Shown here: one piece after another, positions 1 to 7,029 of the stretch | Position numbering within the stretch: the stretch's first letter is position 1 | Layout: each line of letters starts with the position of its first letter | Source: an uncultured Chloroflexia bacterium | GTDB taxonomy: Bacteria > Chloroflexota > Anaerolineae > Anaerolineales > Anaerolineaceae | Length of the DNA: 32,000 nt | Direction of reading: 5' to 3' | Assembly: GCA_963704755.1 (NCBI GenBank) | Contig: OY969938.1 | Location: forward strand, 3,300,001-3,332,000 | Translations under genes and position numbers: made by a program | The notes under the pieces: model-generated | What the model was told of the DNA's origin: nothing | The model's database searches: none | Seen by the model: the letters and a program-made list of their open reading frames with translations, nothing else

Positions 1-722
1 CGATTGTCGAAGGGCACGAACAACACGTCCGAGAAATTCAAGGGTGTCTCGAATTTATCCGCTTCTTTATGAATGACGACGACCCGGTTCTTGCCCAGTT
101 TTCCGAGAAAGAAACCGAGTTCAAAAACTACATTCTGCTTTGTGCGATAGCGGGCCGTGGCGGGGTCTTCGCCGACCTTGTAGGCAAGATCGTCGGGGGA
201 GAGTAAGATCACAGCAAACGAGGATTTTTCCCTGTAATCCATGAGTTTCTCAATTACGGCCCGGCCATTGTTGGGCTGCTCGTGCAGAATCAGCGGCTTG
301 AGCCCCAATTTTTCCAGCGTTTGGGCGATGGACTGCTTCATCGCCTCATCGTAGCCATGCACCACGAAAATAGACTGTTGAATGAGCTGGTCGGTGCGAT
401 CCAAGACCACCTGTTCGCCTTCGGTAATTACGCCGCCGAACAGGGTCAGGTCTTCGATCATGGTCTTGATCAGGTTCTGTAACTCGAATTTACCGCTGTT
501 CCAGGCCGGCCGTTCATCTTCTTCGGTCATCCCGGAAAACCAGACCACCGGTGAAAACCGGATATCGGCAAGTTCCTTGAGATAATTGCTGTTATCCCCG
601 AAGATTCTCCTGGTGAGCATTTCGGTCCGGCGCCGGCAGGTATCCAGCTTGTCTTCGGCTTTGAATTCCAGCGCATCGATTTCTGTACGAAGGTCTTCCA
701 GTAGTTCAAGTTCCTTGCTCAT
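1..722 (-). CDS. TIR-like nucleotide-binding domain protein (CAP12/Pycsar-effector-type TIR, COG4271-like); C-terminus runs off the window
   Basis: Absent from the ORF track because no stop lies in-window. I read every codon of the frame 722->3 and found no stop. ATG at 722-720 with GGAGG 4 nt upstream. Translation MSKELELLEDLRTEIDALEF..., then IFVVHGYDEAMKQSIAQTLEKLGLKPLILHEQPNNGRAVIEKL..FAVILLSPDDLAY..TKQNVVFELGFFLGKLGKNRVVVIH. This matches the conserved blocks I recall for the bacterial TIR-like family. Confidence 0.65.
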   Translation of the reverse strand, partial: MSKELELLEDLRTEIDALEFKAEDKLDTCRRRTEMLTRRIFGDNSNYLKELADIRFSPVVWFSGMTEEDERPAWNSGKFELQNLIKTMIEDLTLFGGVITEGEQVVLDRTDQLIQQSIFVVHGYDEAMKQSIAQTLEKLGLKPLILHEQPNNGRAVIEKLMDYREKSSFAVILLSPDDLAYKVGEDPATARYRTKQNVVFELGFFLGKLGKNRVVVIHKEADKFETPLNFSDVLFVPFDN

Positions 723-1146
723 TTCGCCTCCAGAGGTAAACATTTTCCCCGCGCAAATGTTTGGAAAATCCGCCTAAAGGTTTATGTTACTGAGAACTGG
801 GTGGACGGCAAAATGCTTGAGATTGGTCAGAACGCCAATGCAAGAAAATACTCAAGACGGTAACGAAACCCATCCGATCAGTTTGTTGAATGCGGTTAAT
901 AAGAGATGGCAAGGTGTGGCCAGGTCTGCGATTTTGCGTCCCCGGGCAACGCGAGCGGAATTGGCCACACCATTTTTGTACAAATCGAAGGGCTATTTAA
1001 AAGCCCCTTTTCTATACAAATTATACAATTTATTTCCCGAATTAATCCAAACGATTTCCTTACTGCTAAATCACCGCCCGCTGCGAACAACCGGAAAGGA
1101 CACCAGGCCACACCATCTTTTTGTGCCAGTGCACCAGTGAGGACCG

Positions 1147-1632
1147 TTATTCTACTCCGCGGCTTTGATTTGCACCCAATTCCAGGAGCAATTCTGCTAT
1201 TTCTCGACCGCGCGCGTTGGCAAAACCCATGGATTCGCCGATAATTATGAAGCCACATTTTTCCAGCACACGCCGTGAACCAGGGTTGTCTTTTGCCACT
1301 CGTGCGTAAATCGGACGAGTTTTATTGTCGTGGGCTAGAAATTCTGTCAGTGCCCAGGTGGCAATACCCTTGCCCCAAAATTCCCTGCCAAGCCAATAAG
1401 TAACTTCCGGCCTGCCTTCATCTTCGTAACTTGAGACACTCCCGGCAGTTTTTCCATTAAAAATGACGGTCCGGATAATATTATTTTCGTCGGCCAGAAT
1501 CCGGTGCCAGTGGGCCATAAAGGCCTCCCGTTCGTTGGGGTCCCGGGCAGTGAAAGCTGCCATGGTATTTGCTTCCGGATCGAGCTGCTGCTCAAAGAAG
1601 ATCGGCAGATCATCGGCAGCAACAGCGCGCAA
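1147..1632 (-). CDS. GNAT family N-acetyltransferase
   Basis: 161-aa ORF with the acetyl-CoA-binding motif region EFWGKGIATWALTEFL...ARVAKDNPGSRRVLEKCGF. The listed start is TTG without an obvious SD. The frame stays open upstream into the 3' end of the neighbouring gene, so the start is uncertain. Confidence 0.8.
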   Translation of the reverse strand: MRAVAADDLPIFFEQQLDPEANTMAAFTARDPNEREAFMAHWHRILADENNIIRTVIFNGKTAGSVSSYEDEGRPEVTYWLGREFWGKGIATWALTEFLAHDNKTRPIYARVAKDNPGSRRVLEKCGFIIIGESMGFANARGREIAELLLELGANQSRGVE

Positions 1633-1667
1633 GAGAAGCTCGTTTGGCTTGCGATATTCTTCCGGCG

Positions 1668-2654
1668 TTAATCCCTCCTTGAATACCAGTCCAGCACGCG
1701 CAAAGCGCGCAGGGTGTTCCAGCGGCTCGGGCGGCCTGTGCCTTCATCGATCTCGACCGGCATCACCCCGGAATACTGGGTCTCGAGCGGCCAGCAGCCG
1801 TCGGCGTCGCGTTTGGCGGCGAGCAGTTCGATGGCATCGGCCAGGCGTTCGTCGGGCGTGACGCCGGCGCGGCGCAGGTACTCGAGCCCGCGCAGCACAT
1901 CATAGTGCCACCAGGTGGGGAAGGCGAAGGAGGTCCAGACGCTGCCGTCCTTGCGGTCCCTTTCGATCACCGCGCCGGTCGATCGCCGGTGGAAGAGGCG
2001 GCGCTCGAGCAGGTATTCCTGTCCGCGCTGGCGGGCAGCGGTCTCCTGCGGGCTGCCGCCGGTTTCAAGCTCGTGCTCGAGCAGCGCATCGAGCACGCAG
2101 ATGGTGGTGTTGAAGGACGAGCGCGTCGAGCCGTTGATCGCCTCGCAGTTCCAGCCGCCGTCGGGTAGCTGTTCGCCGAGCAGCCGTTCGATGATGCCCT
2201 GCACATTCTGGCCAAAGTAGGCCCCGGCCGCGCCGACCTGGCCATTGATGCAGGGCTCCAGCTCGCCGGCGAAGAAGGGGTTGTCGTCGCATTCCTCTGG
2301 GCCGCTGCCCTGCCAGGTCACCCGGTCGCGAACGGCGCTCAGCGCGCGACGGGCCGGGTCGCCGGCCGGGTCGAGACCCAGGTCGCGCAGCAGCATCAGC
2401 ACGTGCATGGTCGAGTTCCAGCCGTGGTTCCAGGCCGCGCCACCCCAGCGGCCATCGGTTCCTTGTAGAGCTAGCAGCCGTGCACCCAGGCCCTGGCGGC
2501 CGACCTTGGCCCGCTCGGCCGCGACCTCGTCCTCCGAGGCGCCGGCCAGGTCGCGCAGCACCTGCCAGCGGATCGCGGGATCGGAGTCGAGCAGCCAGGC
2601 GATGACCGGGCTATCCGGCTGTGGGATTTGCGGTTCGGGTGGGTTAGCTGGCAT
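1668..2654 (-). CDS. prenyltransferase/squalene-oxidase-repeat (alpha/alpha-toroid) protein
   Basis: 328-aa ORF with repeated DG-W motifs (DGRWGGAAWN, DGGWNCE, DGCWPLE) typical of this repeat family. Very GC-rich (43/60 in line 1981-2040) compared with its neighbours. Confidence 0.6.
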   Translation of the reverse strand: MPANPPEPQIPQPDSPVIAWLLDSDPAIRWQVLRDLAGASEDEVAAERAKVGRQGLGARLLALQGTDGRWGGAAWNHGWNSTMHVLMLLRDLGLDPAGDPARRALSAVRDRVTWQGSGPEECDDNPFFAGELEPCINGQVGAAGAYFGQNVQGIIERLLGEQLPDGGWNCEAINGSTRSSFNTTICVLDALLEHELETGGSPQETAARQRGQEYLLERRLFHRRSTGAVIERDRKDGSVWTSFAFPTWWHYDVLRGLEYLRRAGVTPDERLADAIELLAAKRDADGCWPLETQYSGVMPVEIDEGTGRPSRWNTLRALRVLDWYSRRD

Positions 2655-2789
2655 TTTAGGTTTTCCTTATTGGGGATCGTTGGGAGCAACAATTAAACCT
2701 TAAAAGGTCGGAATTCGTGTTTATATTTTAGCATACCCGGTATCCCCAAAAGCTCCACTAGGAAAACGCCGCCAGCTTTACAAGCGTTT

Positions 2790-3506
2790 TTACCGGGTTT
2801 TGAGCCGGTACTTTGAAAAATAAATAGTTACTTTCAGAATATGTTTTTCCTGCATGCTTTCGAGTTCGCCGACTAATTTCCGGAATGGATCGGTAAGATT
2901 ATATTTCTGTGCAAAGGCTGCATACCGGGCAATAGAAGCCAGCAAAATATGGGCCAGTTCCGAGGCCGATACTCCAAGATCAATCTGTTCTTTTCCTTTC
3001 ATCAATTCGGTCAAACCGGGGCTATCCGAAAAATCGATCTCGTAGTCGTAATCCGATTGGACCTTATCCAGGCGGATGCCGCGTTGTAATAGAACGTCTG
3101 CCAGCAGGACTTCAAAGTCGTAGGCGATGATCAGGGCCTGGGCCCGGCAGACTCTTTGCAGCTCTTCGACCAGCGCGCTGGATTTGGCATAGAACAACGA
3201 GCCCGTAAACGTCACTCCGTCGACGGATCGATCCGGTACAGGCAGATCATCCGCGACGCCTGGCAGGTAGGTGATCTTTTCGTGCGGCGCGGCTTTTTGC
3301 AGCATAGGTTGGCTCGGATCGATGCCAAACACGTGGCGGCAATATTTAGAAAGGGCGATCGCCGAATACCCCGTCCCGCAGCCCACGTCCAGACCCTGGT
3401 CGAAGGCCTCGTTGCTCGAGAGCACCCGCGTTAAGATTAAAGCGTGTAAGGGAGGCCGGTAGGCTGCGTAGTGAAGGGCCGTGATCTGGTTGTATGGGGT
3501 GGTCAT
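2790..3506 (-). CDS. class I SAM-dependent methyltransferase
   Basis: 238-aa ORF with motif I LDVGCGTGYSAIAL and a downstream acidic loop (FGIDPS). Confidence 0.8.
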   Translation of the reverse strand: MTTPYNQITALHYAAYRPPLHALILTRVLSSNEAFDQGLDVGCGTGYSAIALSKYCRHVFGIDPSQPMLQKAAPHEKITYLPGVADDLPVPDRSVDGVTFTGSLFYAKSSALVEELQRVCRAQALIIAYDFEVLLADVLLQRGIRLDKVQSDYDYEIDFSDSPGLTELMKGKEQIDLGVSASELAHILLASIARYAAFAQKYNLTDPFRKLVGELESMQEKHILKVTIYFSKYRLKTR

Positions 3507-3716
3507 GGGTGAAGGTTTAACGTGATATAAATGCCGCCGCTAATATGCAGGTATGGTGCGGCTGGGAATTGACCACACTGTTTTACGAAACGTTAAGGCA
3601 TTTCCGGGCTAGCAATTCTCTTACCCCATCTCGACATCTTTAATTTGGGCGATCTCCGATGCCCAGTGTATGCTTTGTTAGAAAAATTTTATCCTTCAGA
3701 CTGCCTCTCGGCTCGT

Positions 3717-4004
3717 TTATGACAAATGCAGAAACACGTCCGGTTTTTGCTCGGCAATTCTCAACAAAGCAACTGCTGGGCCGCTGGGCTTGCGTCTGCC
3801 TTGTTCCCAATCCTGGACAGTGCGCAGACTAACGCCCATCAATGCTGCAAAAGCGGCTTGCGACAACTTCAATCTTTGCCGAATAACTTTTGGGGAAGAA
3901 GGCGCATTCAAGGTGCGAACAATCAATGCGTTCTTGCCGGCCTTATAATCTTTGATTTCCTGAATACCCTCGAGAATTTCCTGACCAATATCACACTTAG
4001 CCAT
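3717..4004 (-). CDS. XRE-type HTH antitoxin, HigA-2-like
   Basis: MAKCDIGQEILEGIQEIKDYKAG...RQRLKLSQAAFAALMGVSLRTVQDWEQGRRKPSGPAVALLRI. The start ATG 4004 is chosen because it overlaps the upstream toxin stop in ATGGCTAA, a typical TA coupling. The track ORF starts 33 nt further up. Confidence 0.7.
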   Translation of the reverse strand: MAKCDIGQEILEGIQEIKDYKAGKNALIVRTLNAPSSPKVIRQRLKLSQAAFAALMGVSLRTVQDWEQGRRKPSGPAVALLRIAEQKPDVFLHLS

Positions 4005-4308
4005 TTTCGATTTCCTTTGCGATCTGACGGAGAACATGAGCGGGAATGCTCTCTACCTCATTTTTACTGTAAATCGTCAACAACCAGATTTCGTCATCCT
4101 GCTTTTTGAAGTAATAGATCACCCGCACGCCTCCGCTTTTCCCTTTTTCCGCGATTGCCCAACGGATTTTGCGAACACCGCCGGAGCCACGAACGATTTT
4201 TCCTGCTTCAGGATACAGGAGTAAGAAATTTTACAAACCCAGATATTCCTCTGCGGAGAGATAGTCAAACACATGCTTTGTAAAAGCAATGGCTTCGATG
4301 AACTCCAT
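3997..4308 (-). pseudogene. HigB-2-like (RelE/ParE superfamily) toxin interrupted by an in-frame TAA
   Basis: Minus-strand translation MEFIEAIAFTKHVFDYLSAEEYLGL*NFLLLYPEAGKIVRGSGGVRKIRWAIAEKGKSGGVRVIYYFKKQDDEIWLLTIYSKNEVESIPAHVLRQIAKEIENG. The stop at 4233-4231 sits where Vibrio HigB-2-type toxins have Q (CAA->TAA). Not in the ORF track because both halves are short or lack a start. Confidence 0.7.
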
Positions 4309-4318
4309 GAGTTTATTG

Positions 4319-4333
4319 TACGGCAATGCCGTA
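4319..4333. promoter_or_regulatory. perfect 7-1-7 palindrome TACGGCAATGCCGTA, candidate HigA operator
   Basis: Lies 11-25 nt upstream of the toxin ATG (4308) on the minus strand. TA antitoxins commonly autoregulate through such palindromes. Confidence 0.35.
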
Positions 4334-4840
4334 TGCTAGGCAAGTGTGCAGCCGGGCAACTTGGGTCATATAGCCCAAAAAACTACCTAACGGTTTGAGT
4401 TGCTGTCGGCTGGGCGATTTTTGGGCGTAAAAAAAAGTGTAACTAGGAAAATGTTCGAAAAAGGCGCAGAACCCCTACGATCCATGGGACGCAGTGTTAG
4501 TTCGTTTCTGTCTCAATACGATTTTTGTAAATTTGAACAGAATTATCCGAGGGTTCTGACATACATTCTCCACTCATATGTCTTGAAAAACAATTTAATA
4601 AGAGTTCACAAGAGGGGCAAATTTAGTTAACGGACATAATTATTATGGCATAAAACACATAAAACTTGCTGAATTATAGGTTGATTAATTACAAACTCAA
4701 AGGAAGGGATGCTAATACAAATTGTGGACACTCAACCAAAGATGATTGGTTTATTTATTCATTGTGGAAAGTCAGCATCGTAAATTCCAGGTTACCGTTT
4801 ATAATCAATCCGTGAGATCAAACTTGGGAACGAACCATAC

Positions 4841-5662
4841 ATGTCGATAAAACCTGTATATGACTCCGCCTCGCGGGTTTCTCCTGCTTTGGAAGAAATC
4901 CGCGAGGTCGGTAAATATCGTTATTTGGTTGGTCAATTAGTTCGGCGAGATATCTTAAGCCGCTATAAACGCTCAGTTTTGGGTGTGGCCTGGACGATGT
5001 TAAATCCACTCGGGATTATGATCATCCTGAGTATTGTCTTTTCGCAACTCTTTAAGACCGTTGCATCCTATCCGGCTTACATATTAAGTGGAATAATTGC
5101 CTGGAATTTTTTCTCTCAGGCAACAACTGCTGCGATGAATGGAATTGTTTGGGGCGGAAATCTATTGCAACGCATTTATTTTCCTCCCACGATTTTTGGA
5201 ATATCAGCAATTGGTACAGGTTTAGTAAATCTGGCGTTATCGATTGTGCCTTTAATCCTGGTCATGCTTTTCACTCACCTGTCTATCCAACCATCCATCA
5301 TCTTTCTGCCGGTTTCCATGTTGATCTTGGCGGCATTTTCGCTGGGCTTTGGGTTGATTCTGTCTACGATGGCAATCTATTTCCCGGATGTATCCGAAAT
5401 GTACCAGATCATTCTGACTGCATGGATGTATCTAACCCCTATCATTTATCCCGATACGGTTTATCCCGCAAGACTCTTGCCATTCGTTCAAAAACTCAAC
5501 CCAATGTACCCATTGATTAAACTTTTCAGGATACCTATTTACGAAGGTCGCTTCCCAAGTGTGGCAGATATCCTTCCGGGTTTGATTTGGGCTGTCGGCG
5601 TACTGATCGTTGGTTGGTTATTCTTTACCTCGAAATCTAATGAATTTGCGTATAAGGTCTGA
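4841..5662 (+). CDS. ABC-2 type polysaccharide/teichoic-acid export permease (Wzm/TagG-like)
   Basis: 273-aa polytopic ORF with the N-terminal YRYLVGQLVRRDILSRYKRSVLGVAWTMLNPL signature of ABC-2 glycan exporters, followed by the ATPase gene. Confidence 0.85.
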   Translation: MSIKPVYDSASRVSPALEEIREVGKYRYLVGQLVRRDILSRYKRSVLGVAWTMLNPLGIMIILSIVFSQLFKTVASYPAYILSGIIAWNFFSQATTAAMNGIVWGGNLLQRIYFPPTIFGISAIGTGLVNLALSIVPLILVMLFTHLSIQPSIIFLPVSMLILAAFSLGFGLILSTMAIYFPDVSEMYQIILTAWMYLTPIIYPDTVYPARLLPFVQKLNPMYPLIKLFRIPIYEGRFPSVADILPGLIWAVGVLIVGWLFFTSKSNEFAYKV

Positions 5663-5786
5663 TGATTAAACGTTTACACAGCCCAACGTCGAAGCTCAAA
5701 ATGATGTTATCTGTATTGAAAATGTTTCGGTAAAATATCAGATCCCCTCGGAACGAATAGGTACATTTAAAGAATATGTCATTCGA

Positions 5787-6431
5787 TTGGCACAGGGAAA
5801 AATCCATTTCCAATCGTTTTGGGCTTTACATAATGTGAATTTATCCATTAAGCGTGGCGAGGTATTCGGCATTATTGGGAAAAATGGGGCTGGTAAGAGC
5901 ACTTTACTAAAAGTGATATCGCGAGTCCTGCGGCCCACAGAAGGCAGAGTGGTTGTCTATGGAAAAATAGCGCCTTTGTTGGAGTTGGGTGCAGGTTTTC
6001 ATCCTGAACTGACCGGCAGAGAGAATATCTATTTAAATGGATCATTACTCGGTTACAATCGAAAAGAAATGGATGAATGTTATCAAGGCATCCTGGATTT
6101 TTCGGAACTGCATGATTTTATAGATGCTCCTGTCCGCACTTATTCATCCGGCATGTATGCAAGGTTGGGCTTTGCAGTTGCAACGGCTCACCAACCCGAA
6201 ATTTTAATCGTCGATGAAATCCTTGGGGTTGGCGATGAAGCATTCCAACAAAAATGTACCGACCGTTTTACCAGGTTCCGAGAAAATGGAACGACCATAT
6301 TACTGGTTTCCCACTCCATGGATACGATTTTAAAAAGTTGCCAGCGTGCGGCCTTGCTAAGCCATGGGGGGTTAATCGAGGTGGGTGACCCCGAGAAGGT
6401 CATTGCCACATATAGGGAAATGGAGCAATGA
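5787..6431 (+). CDS. polysaccharide export ABC transporter ATP-binding protein (Wzt/TagH-like); 5' end unresolved
   Basis: Walker A GKNGAGKST, signature YSSGMYARLGF, Walker B ILIVDE. Family-like sequence (DVICIENVSVKYQIPSERIGTFKEY) continues in frame upstream to 5670 with no ATG/GTG/TTG. The track start is a TTG at 5787. Confidence 0.85.
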   Translation: MAQGKIHFQSFWALHNVNLSIKRGEVFGIIGKNGAGKSTLLKVISRVLRPTEGRVVVYGKIAPLLELGAGFHPELTGRENIYLNGSLLGYNRKEMDECYQGILDFSELHDFIDAPVRTYSSGMYARLGFAVATAHQPEILIVDEILGVGDEAFQQKCTDRFTRFRENGTTILLVSHSMDTILKSCQRAALLSHGGLIEVGDPEKVIATYREMEQ

Positions 6432-6570
6432 AATACCTTGTTGGTAAAATTTCATTGCGGTATCAGTGACATAACATGTTTTCATCATTAAAATTGTAAT
6501 TGTTTATTAGAAAAATTCTCATTATCCGGTTTATTTAATCGGATATCGAGTAAAGTTACCAGGATGTATT

Positions 6571-7029
6571 ATGGAGTCTGTCTCTTTACCTATGAACTTG
6601 CGGGCAATCACTTTCTATTCAAATCACGGGGAAGACCCGTGTGCCCATTTACGTCTGTGCGGTCCGATGCGACAGTTGGGGATCGAGGTCATCGAAGGTA
6701 AAGAAGGCGGTGAGATTTACCCGGAACGGGCTTCGCTGGGCGATCTGGTTTTTGTTCAACGTGATTTTCCTCGTGAGCTGGAAACGTATGAGGCGGTTAT
6801 CGCCCAGGCTCGGCAGAAAAACAAGAAGGTGGTTTTCGATCTCGACGATCTTCTATTCATGCTTCCAGACGATCATCCGGAGCGAAAAGACCGGGACTAC
6901 GTCGAGTCGCTTCTCCCAATGCTGCAAGCAATGTGCGATGCGGACCTTGTGACGGTATCGACACAAAAAATAAAAGATGCGCTCAATGGGCTCATTAATG
7001 AATGTTGCCGTTTTGCCCAATTTCTTTGA
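6571..7029 (+). pseudogene. N-terminal half of a GT-B glycosyltransferase domain, separated by a frameshift from ORF 6977..9925
   Basis: Ends ...DLVTVSTQKIKDALNGLINECCRFAQFL*. The expected continuation NVAVLPNFFDDSLW is found in the next frame at about 7001. Confidence 0.6.

Noticed and set aside
784-1258. Three overlapping 112-120-aa ORFs in the spacer between the TIR-like and GNAT genes
   Set aside because: They are mutually overlapping on both strands, overlap the 3' end of the GNAT gene, have odd composition and show no motifs. The region is better explained as structured non-coding DNA.
4439-4560. GTAACT ... GTTCTGAC pair in the AT-rich leader of the glycan locus as another MITE copy
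   Set aside because: The span is 122 nt rather than 112. There is no TCAG block after GTAACT and no central palindrome.
6547-6559. 13-mer ATCGAGTAAAGTT shared upstream of the glycosyltransferase (6547) and at 10085, as a possible regulatory box
   Set aside because: With about 1e9 position pairs on both strands in 32 kb, on the order of ten exact 13-mer coincidences are expected by chance. There is no supporting palindrome or positional logic.
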